Notes: generated by a model not told the origin, from the letters alone. Positions 36,831 to 50,761 are shown, numbered from the stretch's first letter. The stretch is 51,929 nt of DNA from Octopus bimaculoides (GCF_001194135.2 NC_068988.1:69391061-69442989); one strand, 5' to 3'. A program made the numbers and translations.

Positions 36831-38259
36831 AAATATATAAATGAAATTTAAGCAGAAATAAAGATAAAGTTATTAAAGTGGTACATTTCTTGTATCTTTA
36901 CACACAACAAGAAGCACTTAGACATAAATCTATGTGTACATAGCCACCTGTCAACATTTAGACTAAATATATGATCAGATACACAACATAAACTAATTGG
37001 CACATACCAACAACATCATCACCATTTGCAATCTCACCTACAGTAAAAACCACTTTCTTCCTTCCTCACTTCCACCGACATTCAAAAAGATTATATTCTA
37101 AATGTGCAAAGATTAATTCATCTACTTTTTCTTTTACATTTTTTTTTTTGTTTTTGCTTTTCGTGTCTTCTCTGTTTTACTTTTCCAATGAAGGATAAAT
37201 AAGACCTAAACATCGAACATTTCTTTCCTTTATTTCTTACATATGAATCTAATATAATTTCTATTGAATAATTTATTGTCTGTGATGTTGTTATACATTT
37301 GAATATATTCTTCTCCATGCTGATGCTTACAGAAGAGTATACTGAAACCAACTTGTATCCACATCAATCTATTTTCTGGATAACTACCTCAGACTCAGAT
37401 GGATTTCCATTCCAGAATACTAGATCACATCTATTGTATTACATTGTTTGTGTGGCATGTGTGTGCACATATGAGTAAGAAAGAGAGTGAATCAGAGAGA
37501 AAGAATGTGTGTGTGAGCGTGTGTATGAACATGTAATACAACACTTATGTGACACAAGAGGAGGTAAATACTGTTAGTTTATCCAATAAGTTTATCCAAT
37601 AAGCACTAATTTTGAGAGTTTTAGTTGTTCAGGATTTTTTGATGTAAGCAGTATTATGGTCATCCTTTAGACAACAGATATGTGGTTCAACAACTGTAGG
37701 TGTTTACATTTTCTGTTTTGTGTCATACAAGTAAATATATGATTGCAGTATAAATAAAAGATCTATTGAATCTGTCAGGACTTGAAGCATAAAGTTACCC
37801 ATGATGTGTATATCTATATAATTTATATGTTTGTACTTAGTACTATATATATTTTAAATAACTGTGAAAATCACTTGAGTAGACTTTACTATATTTAGCC
37901 ATATAGAAGAAATGTTTCAAGAAACAATTTATTTTAATAGACTTATTTAAAAATTGTTCATTGAATATGATATTTATTTCTCTTCTATCATTTTCCTTTA
38001 TTGCTTGATTATTTATTTAAACATTTGTTTCATTCAGTAATATGTTTTATATTAGGGAATGACTGATGATTGATGAGATATTTGAAAAGCAAAAACACTA
38101 AGTGTCGAATAATGTGTAATGCTTTGTAATCAGCAAATATATAATTAAACACACATTTCTGTCTGTTTGTCCATCTTAGTATACATATATATGAGAAAAG
38201 TTGCTTTGTTAATTTCATATCTTTTTGCAAAAAAGATATCCATTTGCTATCTGACTTGT

Positions 38260-38860
38260 CATCATCATTTAACGTCCACTCTCCATGCTGACATGGGTTA
38301 GACAGTTTTGACTGGAGCTGATAAACCAAAGAGCTGCAGTCTGACTTACCATGGTTTCTATGGTCGGATGCTCTTCCTAACACCAACCACTCCAGGAGTG
38401 TTATGGGTGCTTTTACATGCCATAGGTATGGGTACTGTTGGCATGACACTAGCAATGAGCACAACTATGATTCATGGGTGTTATTTACATGGCACCAGCA
38501 ACAATCACAATGATTCATGGGTGCCCTCTACATGGTACCAGCAACAACCATGACTACGATTCAAAGGTGCCATCTGCATGGTTCCATCAACAACCATGAT
38601 TACAATTCATGGGTGCCATTTACATGGCACCATCAACGACCAGAACTACAATTATGATTCACAGGTGCCATTTACAAGGCACCAGCGACAGCCCAACTCC
38701 GATTTCACAGGTGCCATTTACATGGCACCAGCAGTGGCCATGACTACAATTTCATGGGTGCCATCTGCATGACACCGGCATGGCCACAACTACTACCTCA
38801 TTTGGCCATGCACAGCATATCACCAGAAGTTTTGGTCACTTGTCATCACCTATGTTAGGC
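38260..38860 (-). mobile_element. SINE family C copy with internal minisatellite
   Basis: catcatcatttaacgtccactctccatgc...cggatgctcttcctaacaccaaccactcc. Confidence 0.8.
38431..38790. repeat. ~46-bp minisatellite, 8 units, each with a GGTGCCAT-N4-ATGGCACC hairpin
   Basis: Unit starts at 38431, 38477, 38520, 38566, 38612, 38664, 38710 and 38757. Confidence 0.9.
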
Positions 38861-38912
38861 TCAACAGGCTGTCTGAAGAAATTATTCTTAGATGTGGCTG
38901 TGTTAATAGACA

Positions 38913-39067
38913 CAGGCATGGCTGTGTGGTAAGAAGCTTGCTTCCCAACCATATGATTCCAGGTTTAGTCTCACTGCATGGCACCCTGAGCAAGTGTCTT
39001 CTACTATAGCCTCAGGCCGACCTTGTGAGTGAATTTGGTACAGAAATTGAAAAAAGCCGGTCATATA

Positions 39068-39104
<37 letters not shown>

Positions 39105-39312
39105 GTGTCTGTATTTATCGCCCCCATCATCGCTTGAAAACCAATGTTGGTGTGTTTACATCCTCATAACTTAGCAGTTCAGCAAAAGTGACTGATAGAG
39201 TAAGTACTAGGCTTACAAAGAATAAGTCCTGAGGTCAATTTGATCAACTAAAGGTGGTGCTCCAGCATGGCTAAAGTCAAATGACTGAAACAAATAAAAG
39301 AATAAAAGAATA
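38913..39312 (+). mobile_element. SINE family A copy
   Basis: Head ggcatggctgtgtggtaagaag, (TG)n centre, tail tgactgaaacaaataaaagaataaaag. Confidence 0.9.
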
Positions 39313-39399
39313 TCAAAGTATACAGAATTATAGAGGTATTGTAGCTGATCAAAACTGGATGTTAGATAACATCCTGGTTAAATAGAAACATATACTTAT

Positions 39400-39675
39400 C
39401 AGAGCTAGTTGTTGTGGTAAAAATATGGTGACTGCCTCTTTACAAAATTTCAGCAAGGTATAGTGTCCAAGAGGTCATTTTCAAAGGCCTTTTATCTTAG
39501 GTGGAAATTTCATGGATTTCAGCCCAAAGTGTTGTCTTTGTAGTTGGTCAAAGGAAAAGACTTTCCATCTTGTTCACTAGGTCTATCATTTTCTCAAGTA
39601 GCAGCAGCTTCAAGTAGATAGCAGTGTGATGCTTTTTGCTGGATATCTTTGAGCATATAAAACCATATCAATGGT
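39400..39675 (-). mobile_element. Probable Penelope-like ORF N-terminal relic
   Basis: LLEKMIDLVNKM...GLKSMKFPPKIK..AFENDL resembles the PLE N-terminus (EK.E..IKRMRW; GFKS...PP...FE.DL); frameshifted. Confidence 0.5.
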
Positions 39676-39849
39676 GAGCTTTTAATAACTATGCAGAGCT
39701 CACTGCAAGGGATAGCAGCTACAAAGCATGAGACATAGACAACCTATTGCAACATGCTCTGTAGTACAAGGGAACATGTAAGTCATCTAAAAATCCCTAA
39801 AAGGAATAAAATTAATAAAGCACCTTCCAAAGTCATATAGATTCATAAG

Positions 39850-40230
39850 GCTGGTTTCCTGCTTTCTGTGGCAAATATATTCCCCTTGGATGGGACGCCA
39901 GTCCATTGCAGGATTACTAATTTTTTCCAGCTAAATAGACTGTAGCAACATAAAATGAAGTTAAAGAAGTGATTTTAAATTCTCAATCACATGATAATGC
40001 TAATAATATAGCCTGAACAGGATAAACTACCCCTATTTTGCAGAAAAAAATGTAGGTGGTGAGCTGTGGACTCAAACTCACAAGCAAACTTCGTTTGTTT
40101 GTTTACGTTTGTCGTAATTTGAATTTAATTTATAAAATGAAGTGTTTTGCTCAAGAACTGTGCATTGTCTGGTCCAGTAATTGAAACCGCAATCTTATCA
40201 TGAGTCTAAGACCCCAACCTCTAAGCCACG
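39850..40230 (-). mobile_element. CORE-like SINE interrupted by a 172-bp insertion
   Basis: Removing 39961-40142 restores caacataaaatgaagtgttttgctcaagaac, matching the uninterrupted copies at about 19.08 and 46.4 kb. Confidence 0.65.
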
Positions 40231-41095
40231 CACATCATCTAAATCAGAAAAAATATGTTCTCATATATTTGTCAACAGAGTGGGTATATTAATCAATGTA
40301 TGCAGTATTGTATATCCATTACAACCTATCTTATTTCCTAGCTTTGAAGGGCATACAATATTAACTGTGCTGTTACCTAGCATTTGGTTTTGATACCCAG
40401 TGCAAAACTGATTGGCAAAATCAGCCATAATGGACATATAATACAGTACACCTTGATTGATATACCCACTCACTTGATAGATATACAAGTGCATATTTTT
40501 CCTGACTTATGGATTTTTAAAGAATTACATGTGTTCGTGTGTGTGTGTTTATACTTTGCAAATGCTGACACACACAGGCTTACATATAAATAATCACTTG
40601 GGGTTATTACATTATCTTGTTATTTTCAAATTAAAATAGCCTCAGTTCTATATTTGAAGATGAAAGTAACTTTTCTATCATCATCATCATCAACATCATC
40701 ATCATCATCAGAAAAAAAAATTGATGATTGTTTATTAATTTTTTTTTTTTTAATATTTCAACTTTATTTTTTAAGGTCATTTAAAAACTATTGTTTATTC
40801 AATTACACTTCAGTCTGAAAAAAAAATTATAGGCTACAATAATTATAGTAATTCAGAATTGAGCTGAAAATGAGCTTATGTCAATGGTTATGCTGAAAAT
40901 GAAAAAAAATCTCAAGAATATATTGTTTTTGTTTTTAGTGTAACAAATTATTTCACCTAACCATTTACTGATTAATTGTACCATATATAAAACTAAATTC
41001 ATATGAATCTAAAACTTCACAAGGATTATATAAATGTGTGTGTGTATGTGTGTGTGTGTGTGTGTGTGCGTGTGTGCATGTGTGCGTGTATGTGT

Positions 41096-41131
<36 letters not shown>

Positions 41132-42089
41132 ATGAGCTTGCAAGCAAATATGTGAACCTGTATTTGAGTGACTGTGTACGTATATGTGTGTCTGTGTGTT
41201 GGAAATTAAGTGAATGAATTGCATTTCATGGCAAGTTCTGGCTCAGTTAATCCATTCACTTGTAAAAACATAAAAGCAATTCATATATTTATTTATTCTT
41301 GTTGTGGTTATTTTTGGTGATACTGCTGTTGTTATTGCCATTTTTGTCAGTGTTTAATCCCAGGTCAGACTTGACTGAGCTGGTCTATGATCAAAGATTT
41401 CCTGCTGTGACAATATCATTTATTTTTTACTTTCTAAAACTTATTTTTCGCAGTGTGTATCTAGAACTACATTACTGAATGTGTCACTCTTTTTAATAAT
41501 ACTTTAAGGCTTGCTATGAGAGAGACTCGGCAGTTTTTCTAGACGCTCATGTGACAATATAAAAGTTCCTCTCATTGACTCTGTTAGTATATTGTTGCTT
41601 CTATAGATGAATGCTAAATACTTTGTTGTATTGTTGCAATGGAAATGAGGTAAAATGTATGGCCTGAAGGAAGACCAGAAGACACGTTTAGAATATATTT
41701 GGAAATCATGTGCAAGTTGCACAAATAGAGATTGGAATTATTTATATAATTAAACATTTAACAATATGTGGTGAAGTTCCACTGGTCATTTTCTGCTATA
41801 TAGTCTGTGCCAATATTTGTTCATTTACATTACAAACAGTGCTATATCTATATTTGTCTATAAATATGATATATATGCTACGTCAATACTTAGAAGGAAT
41901 AGATATTTGTCAAGCTGAAAAGCAGTGACACAAAAACTGATCTAACTCTTCCCAAATTTCGATTTTGATTATTCTGTTTTTTTTATTGTTAGATGTATAT
42001 TTTTTATACTGTTATTGTTTAGTAACTCATATGGTGAATTGGCAAAATCATGGGCGTCTTGTATTTGTTCATTTCTTAACATTGTGAGT

Positions 42090-42480
42090 TCAGTGGAGGC
42101 GCAATGGCCCAGTGGTTAGGGCAGTGGACTTGCAGTCATAGGATTGCGGTTTCAATTCCAAGACCAGGCGTTGTAAGTGTTTATTGAGCGAAAACACCCA
42201 AAGTTCCACGAGGCTCCGGCAGGGGATGGTGATGAACCCTGCTGTACTCTTTCACCACAACTTTTTCTCACTCTTTCTTCCTGTTTCTGTTGTGCCTGTA
42301 TTTAAAAGGGCCAGCCTTGTCACTCTCTGTGTCACGCTGAATCTTCCCCGAGAACTACGTTAAGGGTACACGTGTCTGTGGAGTGCTCAGCCACTTGCAC
42401 GTTAATTTCACGAGCAGGCTGTTCCGTTGATCGGATCAACTGGAACCCTCGTCGTCGTAACCGATGGAGTGCCAACTCAT
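42090..42480 (+). mobile_element. Full-length SINE family B
   Basis: ggaggcgcaatggcccagtggttagggcagtggac...ggtttcaattcc head; ends gatggagtgccaac. Confidence 0.92.
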
Positions 42481-42549
42481 CTACTACTGAGATCAACTCT
42501 GTCATTCATCATTCTATGGTTAATAAAATAATCTGCTTATCAAGTGAGG

Positions 42550-43040
42550 AGCAAGACCTTAGGCCCAGTTCATACATCTATATGAAGCTGCTGGACACTA
42601 TGGTCAATCCCTGGCAGGGGAGAATTGATGCTAGAAAGCCATATGGGTGACAATAGGATTCAGCTCCTTGTCATACCTCTAGAAAGAGACAGAAAGGGTT
42701 GTTGGAGAATTTCTGTGATTTCCTCAACCTCAATTTCTGGTCTCCTGATTCCCATCAATTGTAAACCCATGTGGGGCACAGTTACTGCATCACCAAGATT
42801 GAGCTAGTGGTCAAGATCAAGGTGGTGTTCAAATATCTTCTCAAAGAACAATGAGAAATGTATGCTCCAACTTCTACAGCCATCTTGAGGCTGTGGTGGA
42901 AACTGAGGGTGGCTACTTTGAGCAAATGTTATCTTCTAGCCATAATCTAGTTGATATTTTTGATTATTAAAATACCTTTTTGTGGGGATGGGATATTGTG
43001 TTTCCTTTCATGCAAACAGTCAAATTTAGCCTGAACCCCA
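42550..43040 (+). mobile_element. Tc1/mariner (DD37D maT-like) transposase C-terminal relic
   Basis: KLLDTMVNPW...Q*DSAPCHTSRK...ENFCDF...FWSPDS..CKPM-WG...FYSHLEAVVETEGGYFE. The third catalytic D region is deleted, so the subfamily is inferred. Confidence 0.8.
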
Positions 43041-44129
43041 AAACACACACACACATACACAGACATGTGTGTGTGTTAGTAAAGAAGAAAAGATTGAGTG
43101 ATCAGCACCATATTGATGGACGAAGAATTTCTTTTAATATTAAAATGCTTTCATATAAATGAATATCAATGGTTTAATGCATATATATTTGCAATTATTT
43201 TATCGTTTGAGTAACATTTTCATGACATGTATACCCATGAGCCAATCCATCAGAGATACCAACAAAATTTCCCATGAATCCAACAATATTGGATGAACAT
43301 TGTATGTTCATCCATTGTTTTGATATTAAATGCACACAACCTGCCAGTTGGAATATATAACATTCCATTTACCAGTTAATCTGATTTAGATTTCTAGGAG
43401 TTCTGATGGAGATTTCCATAGAGCATTGCTGTTATTGTTATTGTTGTTCTGTTTTATTCATGCTTAATCAGACCTGTGACAGAAATGATATTTATTGAAT
43501 GCTCAACAATAACCTAAAAAACAATAATGGTAAAATGAGTGGCAACATAATTGATAAAGTGAGGCAAGAATTAATTAGAATTGATTGATTAAAATTATAG
43601 CATTGCTGATTAAGAAAACCTAATTGACTTAATGAATAATTCTGGATAGGAGAAGAAGGAAAGAAAACTCTTAGAGTTTAAATTATTCAAAATTAATTAA
43701 AAATAGAAAATTGACTTTTCATATGCAAATGGGGAAGAGACTTTGCCTTAAGCTGCACAGTCTAACTTCAGTTATCCTGCTTACTGGATGCTGACAGCCA
43801 TCTTTTTTCATCTGTGGGCCAGCTGGTGTCTTAAAGAATGGGCAAAAAGCTAGATAAATGTCTCAAAATATTTGCACTATAGGAATTAGCTATTTCAGTC
43901 CATCTAATTATATTTCGTATTAAATCAGTGAATGCTAGAAATTAGTAATCAAAGAAATCAATTTGTTACTATTCATTTCAAAGGGTATCCGGCAATTTAT
44001 TAAAAGGACTCAAAGTATCTTTAAAACATAAAAAGTGTGATGCTTTGAGTGGTAGTCATTGAAGGATAGTAAAAAAGAATATTATTTAACATTAATGGAA
44101 TCAGTCAATGAAATAAAATGGAACCGTGT

Positions 44130-44720
44130 ACTGTTTGTTGTTTGGAATCTCAATATTGAATGTCAAACTTGTTGATGCCCATAGCAAGTGATAATATAAA
44201 CTGACATCAGTCAATTTTATTCTCAGATGGTTCTTGGTGGGCTTCATTTTAAAAAATAATTACTCACACAGATGCTGCCCAACAATCCACACAGCTACTT
44301 CCACTCCTTTTTTTTTTGCACAGATAACTAAGTCAGAATACCCCTGACTTGGAATAATATGTTTTCTTTACAAGTCAAGCACTGACAAATCTTAAGAATG
44401 AAATTTCAGTCTCAAAATGTCACCATTCTGCATCTCAATCAATACCATTCAATAATTTCTCTTGCAGTGTCTACTTCTACATCAAATGGAATGACAAATT
44501 GCTTGAAGTCATTTATCTGGAAGTGAAAATCAGCGAAACTAGATGAAAACTTTTACTCAGCAATATTTTCTCAACAAATGAGACAAACTTATTTCCCACT
44601 CTGTTCAATGAAAAAGTAATCTAGAGAGCAAGTATCTTGAATATTTCAGTACTGAACATCTTACCTTTACATGCTTTGCATTCATTGCCATAGGGATTTG
44701 TTTCTTCACTTTCACTTCTC
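44130..44720 (-). mobile_element. Internally deleted hAT (GTF2IRD2/Buster-like) transposase relic
   Basis: DYFFIEQSGK*VCLIC*ENIA (N-terminal zinc finger) runs into FADF...PFDVEV...ELIEMQ...CE*LF.KMK.TK..LR..LTD (C-terminal dimerisation domain). Confidence 0.8.
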
Positions 44721-45119
44721 TGATTGCATTTCAAATATCATAGCGTATATAAATATGTCTCATCTAATACGCTTCTATTGAGAAATGCTAAAATGTTATG
44801 AGACAGAGCAACTAATGTGGGAGATATATTTCTTTAGCATAGCTTAAACCAACAAATCTAAAAGAGAGGCATATTGTGGCAAACATAAAATAAGAGTTCA
44901 GTCTAAATCATTTCTTGCAAATCATATATCCGCTTTGTTTAAACACAAACTTTATAAAATGTGCGTCATACCGGAATAAATTATAGTCTTCTTTCAGCAG
45001 ATAGTTTGAATGGATTTCTAATGAGAACAGGGTAGCATTTTTTCTGTTTACAAATTTTAACATTCATTACTGAAAAGATAGGAAAATATCAGGGAAGATT
45101 ATACCTTTCAGTGGTTGAC

Positions 45120-45820
45120 TGGAGTTGTAGAATGATGCTATAGCACAATCAAAGCCATGGCTGATAGAGAGCAAATTGCTCCCAATGAAGCAGTCTTTTA
45201 GCAGAATATGTTGCCCAGGATAGGAGAAACTGAAGAGTCAATCCCACGAAGAGCCATATTCCAGTATAAATAGAAACGTCTGAGTGTGGCACCACAGCAG
45301 TCAAAAGTGGAAGATTTTGCATCTTTTCAGATCATCAGATATTACATTGGAACTGAAAACAGGCCCAGTGGAAATGGCATTATAGAATGACACAATTGCA
45401 CAATCAGATGAAATGTGGGTGAAGCCCCCTAATTCATGGTGCATGACATAGTGGGAGAAACAAAGGGTGACTATGACCAGCACACAAAATAATATATTGG
45501 TAGATGAAATGTTGGATTACATCATAGATGTTTGCAGAGTTGTTAGCCCCTCTGCTGACAAACAAAGGAGAGTGAGAGGCTAGCCCGGATAATCTTTCAA
45601 AGATCACAAAGGGAGTACCACCCACACAGGCAGATGGATGACTTTGAAAAATAGCAAAGCAGTGATCTTTAGATCAGCAGGAGTATGTGGAGGAATGAAG
45701 CTGAGATGTTGAAAGTGAGGAAGGAAAAATGACATCAGGACCAGAAGCAAGGGAAAATGATGTCACATCAAGAACTGGGATGTTGAGGGCAACAGACATA
45801 TGGGAAGAGTCATTTAGGGA
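45120..45820 (-). mobile_element. Possible CR1/Jockey-type endonuclease relic
   Basis: HPSA..VGG, SSDCAIVSF and KIFHF loosely fit the APE motifs (GDFN region, SDH, IWHY); very degenerate. Confidence 0.3.
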
Positions 45821-46184
45821 GATTAGTTTTTCTGGTCAGAGGTTGGGGTAGTGTGCACATGTTGGTATGACTATTGAGTTCTGCTGATTACCACGAAGCA
45901 AAACTGGAGATGCAGTTTAGATTTCATCTTGAGATAAGAACATTCTTAATTTTTTGCCTGCCTGCTACATAAATTTAATTTGGTCATATTTCAAATTACA
46001 GAATGTACCTAGTAGACTTAGTAAAGAGGCTGCATTTAAAGAGAGAGAATGTATGGTAGAGAGGACGTTTTTTAAAACTACTTTACATAGAGCTATAAAG
46101 AATAGCATGTAAATATTAGGATGAAAACCCTTTTGGATCGAAAAAGTAGAAAGCTGCTTGTGGGACTTAAAGACACATCTCCAG

Positions 46185-46510
46185 TAGACACTCCATCAGT
46201 TACAACAATGAGGGTTCCAGTTGATCCAGTCAACAGAACAGCCTGCTCATGAAATTAACATGCATGTGGCTGAGCACTCCACAGACATGTGTACCCTTAA
46301 CATAATTCTCAGGGAGATTCAGAATGACAGAGAGTGTAACAAGGCTGGTCTTTTGAAATACAGGTACTACTCACTTTTGCTGCCTGAGTAGACTCAAGCA
46401 ATGTGAAATACGGTGTCTTGCTCATGGCCACGATTCATCACTGGGAATTGAATGCATGACCTTATGATTGTGAGCTAAATATCCTAACCAGTAAGCCATG
46501 CACCTTCACC
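46185..46510 (-). mobile_element. SINE family B-related copy
   Basis: cactccatcagttacaacaatgagggttccagttgatcc...gtggctgagcactccacagac...gggaattgaa. Confidence 0.85.
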
Positions 46511-48229
46511 AGTAAACATGAAAGGTGTTTTACCATTGTACCAATGCAATCTTTCAAATTTCTCTATCCATTTTGGAAGTTTAATTCTTACCAACAGGAA
46601 TTGTATGTTGCTGATGACGTCATAAGAATTTTATGGACTTTCAAGAGAACATGAAATCATTATTGTTTGGAATAATAATTTTTATGAAATCAGCAACATT
46701 TTAATATGAATCGTTTTTTAATGTAAAAAATTTCTTTTAAATTTGATTATGTTCCATACCAGTTTTAAATCCTTATTTAAGTATAGATACATATAGATTG
46801 AAAAATTGTTATCTTATTTGGATCATTTTCTTTCCATGAAACTGAAGTAGAATGATATGCTTCAGAGATATAAGTCATACTTAAATCCCAGTTTTTCTAC
46901 CCTTTCCCAGCTCAACAAAATAAGCAGTAGTGTGAGCAAAAGAAAATGAAGCAAATGGTATCAAATATATATTTGATAAAACAGTTTGTTGATTCATGAC
47001 CTTAAGTTGTAATTCGGTTAAAACTATGTCTGATTTGTGCAACAAAACTATAATAAAACCTGATTGCCTTATCTGCAAAATATTTTTCTTATTTCTCACT
47101 CTAAAGTTTAGGATAAGCTCCATAATCTATAATGTTGTTTGAATTGGAGAAGAAAATTAAAAAGAAATATTCTCAGCTAAAATGATAAAAAAACATTTGT
47201 GTTTGTTATTGAGCTGAGATTTTCTTATGGCAACGGTTCTATATCTTATTGACTTAGTGAAACACTGGAGATTAAACAAAAAACTGGTGCACTTTGCATG
47301 GAAAGTTAAAAATACTGTTTAAAAATGAAAAATTTAAACAATATAGAAAACTATTGCTCACTTTGTTTCTTTAATCAAACTTCTGTTTAACGAAATTATG
47401 AATGACATATATTTCAAGACATTCAACCATTAGTATGAATTTTCTAAAGCCTTAAATTATATTTTTAAAAATCTACAGCATTTCTAGATGCTTCTTGCAT
47501 TGTACAAGCACAGCACAGAATGGGAGAATCCTTGGTTTATCCCTATGTTCTGTGTATTATAAAAAAATAATTTATTATGTCTATATGAAGCAATGCAGAA
47601 ACTTTACATGGCCTGTGAACTGGTAGAAATAGCAGCCAAATCGCCCACAAAAAGCACAAAAAGAAGGAAATGTTAGATAAACAAGCTCTGTAATAAACTC
47701 GCTTAACTGATATCATTTTCATGGTTAAAAAAAAAACTTTAATTATTGGCCTACTTGCCCAACATTCATATAGGGCTAAACAGAATGTAGATATGTCTTC
47801 CTATCAAACAGGAATTCATGCCTACAGTTTGTTGGGAAATCTTACATAACAGTGCAACAGTAGTAATGGCTGTCTATTAGCTATGGTAGCAATGTGCATA
47901 CCCTAAGAGGTCCAGCCAAGCTACAAAGATACTGGGCAACCAACCTTATGGAAAAACCATCTCGTTGAGACAGGCACGTAGTCAATCTGCTAGAAGTTGA
48001 AAGCTAGCTTCATTGGAGAGGAAGCAGCAGCCTGCCCACCCAGTGGCATCATAAAAAGGCTAAACCAAAGCAAAAAGATGGATTTCTGTCCCCTTCAGAT
48101 TAGTCAAATCACTCTACAGTGACAAAGCAATGTGTGAGTGATCAGCAGTTAGTAAGAATCTCAGTACCCATAAGTCACCAAAGAATCACTTATCTACTTC
48201 TCTGACTCTCTATTGAGCTATGGGTATAT

Positions 48230-48610
48230 ATCTACAACTCCTGGTTATTGGCAAGGAAAACTCACGTGACCCAACTAATGGAGTGGAATTTTAAGATCAA
48301 ATGTGATATGTTAAGATTCTGTGAAATATGTTGAATGGAAGAATAAATGCAAGCTGAATGAACAGTAGTATCATGAGACTGAGAAACGCAGAAGGTGCAA
48401 GAGCAACAGGTGGAATACTTTTCGTTGTAAGTAAAGAATGAGTTTTGAAAATCACATCCAGAAATTTATATTTATTGCATATCAAAGTGCTTGACATTCT
48501 CCTCTCTGGAAAAGCCAGACTCAAGATCATTGAAGCTTATGTTCCCACATGAAGAATCAAGGACAATGAAGTGGAGGAATTCAATCAAATCTGGACAAAA
48601 TGCAAAGTTA
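48230..48610 (+). mobile_element. RTE LINE apurinic endonuclease N-terminal relic
   Basis: IYNSWLLA...KIKCDMLRFCEI...GGILFVVSKE*...LKIIEAYVPT...DNEVEEF. Confidence 0.85.
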
Positions 48611-49763
48611 CAAATTCGTGTATGCCATTGAGAAAGTTGTTTAGCCTCTACCATGCTTAGTAAATGTTTTTCGTTTTCATTTCTCTTTCCATATCTAAAT
48701 TTTCCATCATGTATCTCACTTTGCCATTCTTTTGTTTAATTCTGCCTTCTCATCTAGAACAGTGATTTTCAAATGGCATGCTGTAATGTGAATCAAGCTG
48801 TGCTGTAGAGTCTTAGAAATATAATTCTTTGGAAAATTCAAATAATAATGTAGGAGTGACATGACAAATATGCCTTTGACCATTTTGTTTATATATGTAT
48901 GATTAATAAGAAAAGTTATACCATAGTTCACTGGATTTGTTTCTAAATTTTTAACTTTAAAATACATGGTGCATCCTCAGTAGTTAACTATCGTAGGGCA
49001 ACAATCCCTTCTAGATTAAGTTATTTTGAGGCAGGTTTAGACATTTGAAATTTAAATCAAAGAGTAAAAATGACGGTGTACAGAATATATACATTTATTT
49101 CTTCTTCCTACACATTTCAAAGAACATAAAATTTCTAGACATTGATAGCTATATATAATATTATTTCATCTCTTTCGTCTATCAGCACAGTATAACATGA
49201 GGCAAATTATTTAAGCTAAATTAAACATTTTACAAAGTTAGACAATTCTGATAAAGAGAAAATTATTCTGATCTTTTCCCCCCTTGTTCTCATCATATGT
49301 TGTTAATTGTTCAACAAATGAGTGCTGAGCAAAAGAACTGCACCAACAATTTTTAACATTCCATACAAAGTATACCAATAATTTTGAAAATTTCAAGTGA
49401 GGTGTACCACTAATATTTTGCTTGATCTCCAGTGTTTTATAAAGTCAATCATTGAGAATCACATTCAAGACACTTTACTTTTTATATCTAAGTGTGCAGA
49501 AACTAGAATAGTCAAAGACAGCAAAATGAAGAGGGAAAAAAGGGAAATATTTAAACTTTTACTTTATTTATTTATTTTTTTGCTTATTGTTTTAGGTGCC
49601 TATGTAGATAGAAACTCTCTTTCAGTCCTCTCACTCTAAATCCAGTGGAACATCTTAGAAGGAAGGCTGCACCAACACTAAGCTGGCACTCACTTTCAGT
49701 TTAGAACACAAGAGTAATATGAAATAACATGGCTGGCTTAAGGGCAATATATATGTATATATG

Positions 49764-49794
<31 letters not shown>

Positions 49795-50462
49795 NNNNNN
49801 NNNNNNNNNNNNNNNNNNNNNNNNNNNNNNNNNNNNNNNNNNNNNNNNNNNNNNNNNNNNNNNNNNNNNNNNNNNNNNNNNNNNNNNNNNNNNNNNNNNN
49901 NNNNNNNNNNNNNNNNNNNNNNNNNNNNNNNNNNNNNNNNNNNNNNNNNNNNNNNNNNNNNNNNNNNNNNNNNNNNNNNNNNNNNNNNNNNNNNNNNNNN
50001 NNNNNNNNNNNNNNNNNNNNNNNNNNNNNNNNNNNNNNNNNNNNNNNNNNNNNNNNNNNNNNNNNNNNNNNNNNNNNNNNNNNNNNNNNNNNNNNNNNNN
50101 NNNNNNNNNNNNNNNNNNNNNNNNNNNNNNNNNNNNNNNNNNNNNNNNNNNNNNNNNNNNNNNNNNNNNNNNNNNNNNNNNNNNNNNNNNNNNNNNNNNN
50201 NNNNNNNNNNNNNNNNNNNNNNNNNNNNNNNNNNNNNNNNNNNNNNNNNNNNNNNNNNNNNNNNNNNNNNNNNNNNNNNNNNNNNNNNNNNNNNNNNNNN
50301 NNNNNNNNNNNNNNNNNNNNNNNNNNNNNNNNNNNNNNNNNNNNNNNNNNNNNNNNNNNNNNNNNNNNNNNNNNNNNNNNNNNNNNNNNNNNNNNNNNNN
50401 NNNNNNNNNNNNNNNNNNNNNNNNNNNNNNNNNNNNNNNNNNNNNNNNNNNNNNNNNNNNNN

Positions 50463-50504
<42 letters not shown>

Positions 50505-50761
50505 TACATATATACATACATATATACATACATACATACATACATACGGACATACATTTATGTATTTGGGTCATATTTTTTGCCAATTAACCACATGCAC
50601 TATATACTTGTTCTTCACTTCAGCCTTCATTATTATTCTTATTTTAGTGTCCTTTCCCTGAAATCTCACGTCACACATCCTATGACCTCTTCAGTGACAC
50701 TCCATCCCATATTTCTCCTTTTCTGTTTATATAATTATCCCCAAATATAACAACATATATT

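Noticed and set aside
38431-38790. CRISPR array
   Set aside because: Spacers are mutually homologous, the array sits inside a eukaryotic SINE, and no cas genes are present.
43200-43350. Minus-strand peptide CVHLISKQWMNIQC as a C-type lectin exon
   Set aside because: Only a loose WND-like match, the downstream Cys is absent, and no supporting exons were found.
46610-46650. Hammerhead at ctgatgacgtcataag...ttatggac
   Set aside because: CUGAUGA and a hairpin are present, but no GAAA core follows.
2543-50750. Long ORF-track entries containing X runs or YI/HT/CV/ID repeats
   Set aside because: Artefacts of N gaps and di- or tetranucleotide microsatellites.
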